Shown here piece after piece: positions 42,814-51,612 of a DNA stretch of 58,354 nucleotides. The stretch spans positions 1 through 58,354 of the forward strand of contig CACZAH010000005.1 of assembly GCA_902779035.1 (NCBI GenBank). The letters run 5' to 3'. Every line of letters begins with the position of its first letter. The stretch's first letter is position 1. The notes under the pieces are model-generated. The model saw only the letters and a list, made by a program, of their open reading frames with translations, was not told the origin of the DNA and searched no databases. Source of the stretch: an uncultured Erysipelotrichaceae bacterium (GTDB taxonomy: Bacteria > Bacillota_I > Bacilli_A > RF39 > UBA660). Position numbers and translations under genes: made by a program.

Positions 42814-42885
42814 ATGACTAAGAGAGAATTACGATTAGTAATAATCATTTTAGTTCTAATTATCATAATAATTTTAAGTAATTAG
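42814..42885 (+). CDS. Putative type I toxin peptide 1 (MTKRELRLVIIILVLIIIIILSN)
   Basis: AAAGGA RBS pairable with upstream tttcctttcgtaa; single TM helix; not in ORF track. Confidence 0.7.
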   Translation: MTKRELRLVIIILVLIIIIILSN

Positions 42886-42997
42886 AAAAAACATCTGAAA
42901 CATTATAAGCCTGTTTCAGATGTCCCCACGTTAGGGAAACGTCTGACAACCACTTCAAACGTATCCTTTTTTATTATATGAAGCATTGCTTCCTATA
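42886..42997 (-). ncRNA. Putative antisense antitoxin RNA 1
   Basis: Convergent promoter TTGCAC-17-TATTAT (~43028-43000); terminator acatctgaaaca/tgtttcagatgt + T tract. Confidence 0.65.
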
Positions 42998-43189
42998 TAC
43001 ATAATATCACAAAAATTAGATTTGTGCAAATAGAACTTGGAAAAAAATATTTAATTTTATTACATTAATTTAGTTGCACCATTCATCTATTTTGTGTTAT
43101 AATGTACCCGGATACGTTTGAAATTCAGATGCTTCCTCCTATTATTATCAGGGGACTTTGGTCTAATCTTAATATATAGGAGGTACAAT

Positions 43190-43285
43190 ATGAAAAATAC
43201 TACCAGAGAAAAATTTCTGTGTGTTTTTATATTTCTATTATTAGTGATAATTATATTACTTGTAATAGTACTTATCAAAAGATAA
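43190..43285 (+). CDS. Putative type I toxin peptide 2 (MKNTTREKFLCVFIFLLLVIIILLVIVLIKR)
   Basis: AGGAGG RBS pairable with upstream cctcctat; single TM helix with basic tail; not in ORF track. Confidence 0.72.
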   Translation: MKNTTREKFLCVFIFLLLVIIILLVIVLIKR

Positions 43286-43407
43286 GCAAAGGCATCTGAT
43301 TCAACTATGTTGTTTCAGATGCCAACCACAAATTTAAATTGAGGAAGCGTCTGATTAACACATCAAACGTATCCTTTTTTTATTATATGAAGCATTGCTT
43401 CCTATAT
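43286..43407 (-). ncRNA. Putative antisense antitoxin RNA 2
   Basis: Near-identical convergent promoter TTGCAC-17-TATTAT (~43438-43410); terminator ggcatctga/tcagatgcc. Confidence 0.65.
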
Positions 43408-43467
43408 ACATAATATCACAAAATTTAGATTTGTGCAAATGAGTATCCAAAAATCCTGAATTTGATT

Positions 43468-43710
43468 TTATATCATTTTATCAATGTTCTTTGGTACTTT
43501 ATCATTTACTACCGCACTAATTATTTTATCTTCTTGCTCTTTAGTTACATTTCTACCTGTTACTTTAGATAATGTTTGTATTACCTCTCGAAGACTACCT
43601 TCATTTTTTAAGTCTGTTTCTTGTAACTTTTTAGCAAGTCCTAAAATAGTTTCCTTATTTACATTAGTTTTCTTTTCTACTCTATCAAAAAATCTATTAG
43701 AAAAAGCCAT
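43468..43710 (-). CDS. spoVIF: Stage VI sporulation protein F
   Basis: FFDRVEKKTNV..LA..LQ..DLKNE..LREVI, VTKEQEDKII. Confidence 0.85.
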   Translation of the reverse strand: MAFSNRFFDRVEKKTNVNKETILGLAKKLQETDLKNEGSLREVIQTLSKVTGRNVTKEQEDKIISAVVNDKVPKNIDKMI

Positions 43711-43746
43711 ATACCCTCCTAAATTAATATATGACTTTTTATTATT

Positions 43747-44649
43747 TTAGTTACTTATTTCTAGTTTTAATATTTTATAATTATCAAGTAATTTATTATA
43801 TATAACTTCATCCTCAGTAGGTTCATAATTTGCTATCATATTGAAATTATTATACTCACCTGTTTTTATAGATTTAAATGCTTTACTAAATAAATCAGCA
43901 GTATCCTTATCATACATAACTTCAATTAAACTAAGTAAACTATTATATGTTCTAGAAGTTAATTCTTCTGGCTCACCAAAATATATAATCTTTTTACCAT
44001 TATCTTCTATCTTATAGAATATTAAATTACCTTTTGCTGATTGTGCATAACCATCACTAACTAACTTATCTTTAAATACTACAAAATCATCAGTATTAAA
44101 ATATACATCAGCTACGCTTCCAAGTTCAAACTTTTTATTAACTTTAAACTTATAGATATTATTCTCTTTATCAGAATATATTTCTATACCATTTCTTTTA
44201 ATATTCATCTTTGTATAATCTAAACTACCCAATATAGATGATATATACCCTTTATCATTGCCATTAACTTGTCCAATTGCATCAGCTACACTATATAATA
44301 ACTTACCTTTTAATAATATATTTTTATCTTTCTTAGGTATTGTATAAGTTAATATATTATTATCTAATGTTCCAACTAAATTATCATTAGTCTCGTCATT
44401 ACTAATATTTATAGTAATTGTATCATCAGTTGTTTTTACATCTAAATTATAATATCTACTAACTGATAAATAGTTCTCATCTTTCTTAATATGTTTAACC
44501 AATTTCTTTAATTTGAAATTAGAATGATTAAAATCAAATATAAGCATAACTATTAGTATTGTAAATAAGAATCCAGATAATCCTGATGATAGGACTAATA
44601 GCTTTCTTCTTAGTCTTTTACTACGCACATTACCAACTCCTATTATCAT
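43747..44649 (-). CDS. Hypothetical membrane-anchored protein
   Basis: N-terminal TM, long ORF. Confidence 0.6.
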   Translation of the reverse strand: MIIGVGNVRSKRLRRKLLVLSSGLSGFLFTILIVMLIFDFNHSNFKLKKLVKHIKKDENYLSVSRYYNLDVKTTDDTITINISNDETNDNLVGTLDNNILTYTIPKKDKNILLKGKLLYSVADAIGQVNGNDKGYISSILGSLDYTKMNIKRNGIEIYSDKENNIYKFKVNKKFELGSVADVYFNTDDFVVFKDKLVSDGYAQSAKGNLIFYKIEDNGKKIIYFGEPEELTSRTYNSLLSLIEVMYDKDTADLFSKAFKSIKTGEYNNFNMIANYEPTEDEVIYNKLLDNYKILKLEISN

Positions 44650-44727
44650 TATATAATAAATTTAAAAAAAATAATAGATAGTTGTTTAAATTTATTAAAA
44701 TTGGTTATAATAATTATAAGGTGAGTT

Positions 44728-45657
44728 ATGAAAAAGAAAGTATTATTAATAATTATTGGTATTATAGTTATAATTGGAAGTGTTAGTGGTGTTTTAGTAA
44801 TAAAACATATTAATTATACTAAGACATATGAGTATAAGTTTACTAAGATCGGTTATAGTAAGGAAGAAGTTAAATTATTAGAAAAGGAATTAAAGAATGA
44901 AGAATTAGATACACTATTAAATAGAAAATACAATAAGAATATAACTAAGTTTATTAAGGAGAAGTATTTTATATTTAACAACTTAGATGAGTATTTAAAG
45001 TATTTAAAAGATAATAAAGATAAAAATTTAACTGATGTTATAGCTATAGTAAACACTAATTCTAATAATGAGTTTTATAGTAATACTAAGAAAACAGATA
45101 TAAGTAAGAATGAACTTATGTTAGTTAATAAATATAACTATTTAACTAGTGATTATAATCCAGATGATTTAGAAGAATTATCTAATGTTTATGCATATGG
45201 TACTAATCAAATGCTAAGGCATGATGCATATAATGCTTTTATTGAGATGTGGAATAAAGCTAGTGAAGATGGATATAAGTTAATAGTTAATTCATCTTAT
45301 AGAAGTTATGAAGAACAAGAGAAGATTTATAATGATTATTCTAGTTGGTATGGGGATAATGATGCAGATAAGAAAGCTGCTCGCCCAGGATATTCAGAAC
45401 ATCAAACAGGTCTTGCTTTAGATATTCAATCATATTGTTCTGAAGAAAAAAAGTTTGATGAATGTCCAGAGTTTACATGGTTATCGAATAATGCATATAA
45501 ATATGGGTTTATTATAAGATATCCTAAAGATTTAGAACATATTACTGGATACAATTATGAATCTTGGCATTATAGATATGTAGGAGTAAAAGCTAGTACT
45601 TATATTCATGATAATAACATTTCTTTTGATGAATATTATGCTTATTTTATAAAATAA
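44728..45657 (+). CDS. M15B D,D-carboxypeptidase (VanY/LdcB-like), membrane-anchored
   Basis: LVNK, SSYRSY, ARPGYSEHQTGLALD, ESWHYRYVG. Confidence 0.9.
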   Translation: MKKKVLLIIIGIIVIIGSVSGVLVIKHINYTKTYEYKFTKIGYSKEEVKLLEKELKNEELDTLLNRKYNKNITKFIKEKYFIFNNLDEYLKYLKDNKDKNLTDVIAIVNTNSNNEFYSNTKKTDISKNELMLVNKYNYLTSDYNPDDLEELSNVYAYGTNQMLRHDAYNAFIEMWNKASEDGYKLIVNSSYRSYEEQEKIYNDYSSWYGDNDADKKAARPGYSEHQTGLALDIQSYCSEEKKFDECPEFTWLSNNAYKYGFIIRYPKDLEHITGYNYESWHYRYVGVKASTYIHDNNISFDEYYAYFIK

Positions 45658-45681
45658 TTAATATCTTACATATAATATAAT

Positions 45682-46269
45682 ATGAAAGATATTAATTTAG
45701 TTATTAATCCAGATGATTATCTAGTATTAGTCAATAAACATAATAAATTATCTAGTACTTATATACCTAGTGATTTAGAATTAATTAATGAACTCTATAG
45801 TGATTCAAAACAGTATTTAAGAAAAAAAGCAAGGAGTGCCTTTGAAAGCATGACTAATGACGCAAAAAAGATAGGTCTTAATATAATAGCAGTATCAACT
45901 TATCGTAGTTATGATTACCAAGATAAATTATTTAATAAATATGTAAAAGAAAAAGGAATAGATTATGCAAGTATGTGTAGTGCGAGATCAGGGCATTCTG
46001 AACACCAATTAGGACTTGCAGTAGATATTGCAAATGATAATTTAGATTATGATAACTTTGATAAAACTAAAGAGTCTAATTGGGTAAAGAACAATGCATA
46101 TAAATATGGATTCATACTAAGGTATCCTTTAGATAAAGTAGATATTACCGGTTATAAGTATGAACCATGGCACTATAGATATATTGATTCAATTAATTTA
46201 GCTAAATATTTATATGATAATAATCTAACTCTAGAAGAGTATAATAAAACTCGAAATAATCTCGAGTAA
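45682..46269 (+). CDS. Second M15B carboxypeptidase (catalytic domain only)
   Basis: STYRSY, SEHQLGLAVD, EPWHYRY; no signal peptide. Confidence 0.88.
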   Translation: MKDINLVINPDDYLVLVNKHNKLSSTYIPSDLELINELYSDSKQYLRKKARSAFESMTNDAKKIGLNIIAVSTYRSYDYQDKLFNKYVKEKGIDYASMCSARSGHSEHQLGLAVDIANDNLDYDNFDKTKESNWVKNNAYKYGFILRYPLDKVDITGYKYEPWHYRYIDSINLAKYLYDNNLTLEEYNKTRNNLE

Positions 46270-46390
46270 TTTTTTATTTGGTACGGACAAATAGTATATC
46301 CGAAACCTTAGGAATAGTTGATAAACAACTAATCACTAAAAAAATAATAACATAATTTTTTAAATTAATAAAGATTAACCTATAAATTTA

Positions 46391-47820
46391 CAGGATAAAA
46401 TCATCCGACTAGGATAAATCGACATAATATAATTGTTTATGGCAAGAATATTGAAATTCTACTGATACAAAGATTTCAATATTTTTTCTATTTCATACTC
46501 ATAATCCATTGCAATACTAAATCTAATATCATTCATACTTAGTTTTGTTTTTTTTTAAATATTTTCAACATAGATAAACAAAATTTTCTTATTATGTTAA
46601 GGTTTTTCTGTGTATTTTCAACAAAACAAGTATTTTTGTCTTCTTGAAATACTGTGTCTAAATAAAAATGCAATTGATTCTCGATACACCACTCATTTCG
46701 TATTCCACTGCTAAGTATTTCAATTTCCTTAGAATCAATATTCGATATAAAGTATCTAGTATCAGTTTTTGTTTCGTTATTTTCTACATAAGTTCTTTTT
46801 GCAATTCCAATCGATTTTAATTTAAGCCATTTTTCCTTGTTAGGTAGCCAATCTATGTCGTTTATAAAAATATATTCTGTTTTTTCAACAGTTCCATGTG
46901 CTTTTTCTACAACTAATTTATAAGATTCTTTTTTTGCTTCATTATATAATTTGTTATCACTAAAATATTCTACAAGATTATTTTCTAATGCCTCCTGATT
47001 ACCTTTAACAGGAGCAATATAGTATCCTTCGTTTCCAGCAATATAATCGATAGTATCTTTTTGAGTGCTTAAAGCATCAAAAGTAACTAAAGTATTTTTA
47101 ACATTTACTCGTTTAAGTAATTCTGGACCAGTTAGTATTTCATTTGTCTTATCACCAATAAATTCAGTAGCTTCACAATTACCGTTTTTTACTGAAACAA
47201 TACTCATTGCGTTCATTTTAGATACTTTACCATTTTTCGATGATTTCCTATCAGAAGAATTGGCTATTTTACCATCCATTGGCTTAATATCTTCAATTAT
47301 TAAATCACCATTTTGATATAATGGTGCATTATTCTTTAAGAAATTATTCATTACCTTTACGCATAACTGCTCTAAGTCAGCAGGTTTTATATATGAAATA
47401 ACTCTTCTTAATGTTGATATAGATGGCATTCCATTATCGAAATATATATGTCTATCAAGCCAGTTAAAATGTTTACACATAAACAAATATATCTCTGTAA
47501 ATCTATTGCAGTTTGCCATCATAGCAAAAATTAATGTAAGAATAATATTTTCTAAAGAGTGCATTATATGTTCTTCGTCTCTTTTATCCACAACATAAAT
47601 AGCATTTGCTTCAATTTCATATATTAATTCACAGCAAACATTAATATTTTCTATTTCATTTTCATTAATTATATATTTATCAGAAATAATACTTGATAAT
47701 TTATCAAGGACTTTAGATTTTCTAGACATTAAGCATACCTTCTTTCAATTTATTTCATGATACTAAAAAAGGATAATATAGCAATATCCTCATTTTCCCT
47801 AGTCAGATGATTTTATCTTG
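46391..47820 (-). mobile_element. ISAs1-family insertion sequence
   Basis: Imperfect 23-bp IRs caggataaaatcatccgactagg / cctagtcagatgattttatcttg; 9-bp TSD ataaattta on both sides. Confidence 0.88.
46459..47729 (-). CDS. ISAs1 transposase, frameshifted in an A9 run near the C-terminus
   Basis: MDGK, KTNEI, VTFDA..TQK, VKGNQ, HG, WCIENQLH..LDTVFQED; reading continues in another frame to 46459. Confidence 0.85.
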
Positions 47821-47821
47821 A

Positions 47822-47873
47822 TAAATTTAGAAAAAAAAGTTGATTTTTAAATTTAGAAAAAAAAGTTGATTTT
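47822..47873. repeat. 26-bp tandem duplication next to the IS end
   Basis: taaatttagaaaaaaaagttgatttt x2, containing a TTGATT -35. Confidence 0.75.
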
Positions 47874-47923
47874 TAAATTAATTATGCTATAATATATCTT
47901 GACTTTGTTTTGGGGGGATATAT

Positions 47924-48460
47924 ATGGACAAAAACAAATTAATAAAAGTTAAAAAAAGATTATTAGCATTAGGATTAGCGAGTGTAATGCTTGGGACTGC
48001 TGGTTGTACTAGCAATAAAGATGAAAATGGTGTTCCTGAAAGATATGATATTCCATCTAAATATTCAAACATAGAAGATTATTATAAATATGTAATGCAA
48101 AATGGTGAAGCTGTAAAATTATATAAAGCAGAAAATGTTTATTTATTATTTGATAAAGAAACATATGATGCAGAAGAATACATCTTTGATACTGTTCTCG
48201 GGAGATATGGTGGCCAATTATATGACTTAGAAAGTGAAGAATTGCTTGTATATTCTGGTGGAATTAGTTACACTTATAATGAAAAATACAATAATTATTT
48301 AAAAGAGAATAATTACCATGTCTGTCTTAAAGATGTAAGTGATTATGTTGAAGGACATGTTGGTAAAGAATATTATTCACTTGATGAAATAAGAGAGTTA
48401 GAACCTCGAATCGCTGAAAGCTTAAAAATAATTAATTCTGCTAAAGTTAAAACAAAATAA
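47924..48460 (+). CDS. Hypothetical lipoprotein
   Basis: Lipobox TAGC. Confidence 0.7.
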   Translation: MDKNKLIKVKKRLLALGLASVMLGTAGCTSNKDENGVPERYDIPSKYSNIEDYYKYVMQNGEAVKLYKAENVYLLFDKETYDAEEYIFDTVLGRYGGQLYDLESEELLVYSGGISYTYNEKYNNYLKENNYHVCLKDVSDYVEGHVGKEYYSLDEIRELEPRIAESLKIINSAKVKTK

Positions 48461-48561
48461 TAATGTTATTATACATAATTATTTATTAATGGGAATACTA
48501 TGTAATGTAGTGCAAGTGTCCATGGATTGACTTTAAATACAATATGTGCTACAATTTAATT

Positions 48562-48669
48562 ACTCAATGACCAAGGGTTATATGAGTCCTGGAGACGCAA
48601 CTTTTAAAAGTTGCGTTATCCGTTTATACTAAAATGAAAAGCCTCTTAATTTGTTTAAGAGACTTTTTT
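48562..48669 (+). ncRNA. Putative structured sRNA convergent with the DUF3800 operon
   Basis: Promoter TTGACT-17-TACAAT (48527-48555), no ORF, hairpins, terminator hairpin + T tract at 48637-48669. Confidence 0.55.
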
Positions 48670-49167
48670 ATATTTATTATATTCTTTTAATACATTTTGT
48701 AGATATCCAGGTTCATCAATTAAATATGAACTTATAATATACATATCATTTTTGTTTCTTTCAAGAATTATTATATAACTATATAAATCATCACTATACA
48801 ATAACTTAGTTCTTTTAGTGTTTTTATATGGAGCAGTCCATATTTTTATTTTGCTACATTCCAAATCATCACAAGTAGGACAATTTAAATAGTTTTTTAT
48901 CATTGGAGCAACATAATTTATAAAATATGCACGTGGTTCTTTCATTCTAATTTTCATACCTAATGTTTTTTGAGTCTTAGTAGTTAAATGAAAAAATCCC
49001 TGCATTCTATTATCTTCAAATGGTGTAGTAAACACTTTAATTTTCATTTCATTTATTTTTAAATCACCATAATATATATTTTTCATAAAATAATCATATA
49101 ATTCGTCATCTGTAGTAGTTTCAGGTAGTGGACCATTTAATCCACATTTGTTTTTAAAGGGTATCAT
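48655..49167 (-). CDS. Hypothetical protein coupled to DUF3800 gene (resembles phage P1 Rlf-type partner)
   Basis: Likely start MIPFKNK overlaps upstream stop; GFFHLTT, YIIILE..MYIISSY. Confidence 0.55.
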   Translation of the reverse strand: MIPFKNKCGLNGPLPETTTDDELYDYFMKNIYYGDLKINEMKIKVFTTPFEDNRMQGFFHLTTKTQKTLGMKIRMKEPRAYFINYVAPMIKNYLNCPTCDDLECSKIKIWTAPYKNTKRTKLLYSDDLYSYIIILERNKNDMYIISSYLIDEPGYLQNVLKEYNKYKKVS

Positions 49168-49855
49168 CTCTTGATCTCCAAATAAATATATTAAATTTCG
49201 TATTACTATAATATGATGAAGTATCGAAATCATTTTGATACCATTTTTTAATTTCATTAATAATATTTAGCTTTACACTATTACCAGAAAGATTCCTATA
49301 ATAATATGATAATGCTCCAATCAAGATATCGTTAATTTGTAATATTGGTGCTTCATAAGATCTAATTGGTTGAACCTTTTTTATAGTTTTTTTATTAGTA
49401 TCTTGCATTTTAATTCTTAAATAATCAAGCATTACTTGATGATAATAATATGAATTAGTATCTTTTATATCAGGATAAATATTATATGAATTTCCTGGAA
49501 TAATAATATATTTTAACATTTCATAATATGTCTTGTGATAGAATTCATTTTCAGTTTGATTATATTTTTCATGGTCTAATTTTGTTTTATCAATAACAAT
49601 AACTCTAAATTTTAAATCATCATTATTAAAAAAATAATTAATAATATCTAAATATAATTTTTCGGTTTTTTTATCAATTTTATTCCATTTTAATTCTATT
49701 TTATTAGAAATATTATAATTTTCCTTTAAATGTTCTATATATTCATTTACCTTTTTTACTTTAATCTTTGGACAATAAACTGCTCCAATTAACATATATT
49801 TGCTGTCATTACTTGCTAGATGGCAACTTTCATCACAATAAACACTGTATTCCAT
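49154..49855 (-). CDS. DUF3800 domain protein (RNase H-like fold)
   Basis: VYCDESCHL, ELKW, LQINDILIGA. Confidence 0.85.
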   Translation of the reverse strand: MEYSVYCDESCHLASNDSKYMLIGAVYCPKIKVKKVNEYIEHLKENYNISNKIELKWNKIDKKTEKLYLDIINYFFNNDDLKFRVIVIDKTKLDHEKYNQTENEFYHKTYYEMLKYIIIPGNSYNIYPDIKDTNSYYYHQVMLDYLRIKMQDTNKKTIKKVQPIRSYEAPILQINDILIGALSYYYRNLSGNSVKLNIINEIKKWYQNDFDTSSYYSNTKFNIFIWRSRDDTL

Positions 49856-49920
49856 ATGAATCCTCCTTTTAATTAATTATTATATCACTAATACTCGATA
49901 ATTTATTAACATTTCTTAAA

Positions 49921-50200
49921 TTATCTTTCAAAATCATCTTTTTCTTTGCTTAAATCTAAATTTTCAATGTCATCATCATCTAAAACATTATCATTATACA
50001 TATCATTAACAACATCAATGTATTTATCATCTTTATCATACCAACTATGAAGTTTATCATGTAAGAAAGATATTAACTTACTAAATTTATCCTTCCAATA
50101 ATCCAGTGTATTCTTTAAATCATTTATTTTAGATTTTAAAAATGATATTTCATTATCTTTTTCTTTAATTGTATCATTTAAAGTTTTAACTCTTAAAGTT
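49921..50200 (-). pseudogene. C-terminal coiled-coil remnant, possibly of a mobilization protein
   Basis: Start-less frame TLRVKTLNDTIKEKDNEI...SKEKDDFER*. Confidence 0.35.
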
Positions 50201-50322
50201 AGTGCTTAATAACAGCAATTTATCATGATGTACCTCCATTTCTAGAGAATACCTCTTTCATTGGTTATATATAATATCATTTTTCAAAGATTTGTCAATT
50301 CCATGATTAGTGAATGATAGTA

Positions 50323-50598
50323 TTTAGATAGTTTTTAAATAATCTTCTAATTCAGATAATTTAATCTTATTGGATAAATTTTCAATAAAGACTTCATTAG
50401 AATAATTAAATATTAAGAAAGTTTTATCTTTTATGATAATTCTGTTAGGTTCAATATAAGTCAAATTAGTTCTATCTATTTTTCTAATATTTTCATTAAT
50501 AATTGTTGGTGTAGTTTTTGCTAACTCACATATTAGTTCTAATTTTTTTTAATGATTCTTTCTTCAATAGGTAATTCTTCTTTAATAATATTTACCAT
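50323..50598 (-). pseudogene. Frameshifted small hypothetical gene
   Basis: RBS GAAAGGA, MVNIIKEELPIEERII then frameshift in an A run to KLELICELAKTT...LEDYLKTI*. Confidence 0.45.
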
Positions 50599-50706
50599 AA
50601 TACCATCCTTTCTTCTAGGATAGTTTTTAACAACAAAAAAACTAATCCGTATCACGAATTAGTTATTTATCAAACTCAAACATAAAAGTTCGAGCAGAAT
50701 TCCTCT

Positions 50707-50783
50707 TGGTAGCGACGGAGGGAGTTGAACCCCCGACACCATGGGTATGAACCATGTGCTCTAGCCAACTGAGCTACATCGCC
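50707..50783 (-). tRNA. tRNA-Met (CAT), elongator type, CCA encoded
   Basis: GGCGATGTAGCTCAGTTGGCTAGAGC-CATGG TTCATAC CCATG-GGTTCAA-CGTCGCTACCA cloverleaf. Confidence 0.95.
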
Positions 50784-50877
50784 ATAAACGAGAACAAGTT
50801 AATTTTAGCACACTTTTTCATTTGACGCAATACCCTTTTTTAATTTTATCCACAAAAAAAGCACTTTTCAATGCTTT

Positions 50878-51597
50878 TTAACTAAAAAACTTAGGAACTA
50901 ATTCAATCATTACGAAAGTTGCAACTGCAACAGCAGGTACAAATACATAAACTAATTTATTTTTATTAATACTAGTTATGTCACTAAGTCCTTGATATAA
51001 ATGTGTTAAATAGAAGATTGCCCCTAATAATAGAACGATAATTGCAAATTTAACTGATAAAAATGTAAGTATTAATGCTGCAACTGTAGTTAATGTTGTA
51101 AATATAGAACACACACCAACTAATGCAAAAGATGTTTTAATATCCATTTTGTCTTTTAATATTGGATTTGCAATTACAAATAATACTAAGGCACATACCG
51201 CAAACCAGAATACCACAAATAATAGTCCCATAAAGAATATTCTACCAAATGGAAGTGACATACCAGCACTAGACATAAGTGAGCCATATCCACCAAACAT
51301 TCCCATTAAACCACCAACTGCTTTATCAATAAAGAAATAGAAGAACAATCCACTAACTAAACAATTAATTACAATTGCAATTATTCCAAGTAAGAATTTA
51401 TCTCCTTTTGCATACTCTTTAATAGTATCACTAGGACGAGTAAATATTCCTTTAATTATATTTAAATAATCATTAAACCCTTGATTAACATCTATACTAC
51501 CAGCAGCAGTTGTATTAGTCTTTACTGTATTTTGAGAGCAAGTACAAACCTCTCCTTCTTCTAATTTTTTTCCACACTTTGTACAAAATTTTGCCAT
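50878..51597 (-). CDS. Zinc-ribbon + Yip1-like membrane protein
   Basis: FCTKCG..CTC; IFTRPSDT; 5 TM. Confidence 0.7.
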   Translation of the reverse strand: MAKFCTKCGKKLEEGEVCTCSQNTVKTNTTAAGSIDVNQGFNDYLNIIKGIFTRPSDTIKEYAKGDKFLLGIIAIVINCLVSGLFFYFFIDKAVGGLMGMFGGYGSLMSSAGMSLPFGRIFFMGLLFVVFWFAVCALVLFVIANPILKDKMDIKTSFALVGVCSIFTTLTTVAALILTFLSVKFAIIVLLLGAIFYLTHLYQGLSDITSINKNKLVYVFVPAVAVATFVMIELVPKFFS

Positions 51598-51612
51598 ATT
51601 TTATTCCTCCTT

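Larger units (their letters stand above)
46278..50711. mobile_element. Decayed genomic island at the 3' end of tRNA-Met
   Basis: ttggta core at both ends (46278-46283; 50706-50711), IS, Mob-like remnant and DUF3800 cargo; no integrase left. Confidence 0.45.

Noticed and set aside
42675-43278. Track ORFs 42675-42866 and 43087-43278 (minus strand)
   Set aside because: Antisense shadows of the + strand peptide cassettes; no RBS
44728-46269. Vancomycin resistance cluster
   Set aside because: No vanH/vanA/vanX or adjacent vanRS; M15B peptidases are common housekeeping enzymes
50707-50783. Initiator tRNA-fMet or tRNA-Ile2 assignment
   Set aside because: No C1 mismatch or three consecutive G-C pairs in the anticodon stem; the sequence resembles the Bacilli elongator tRNA-Met
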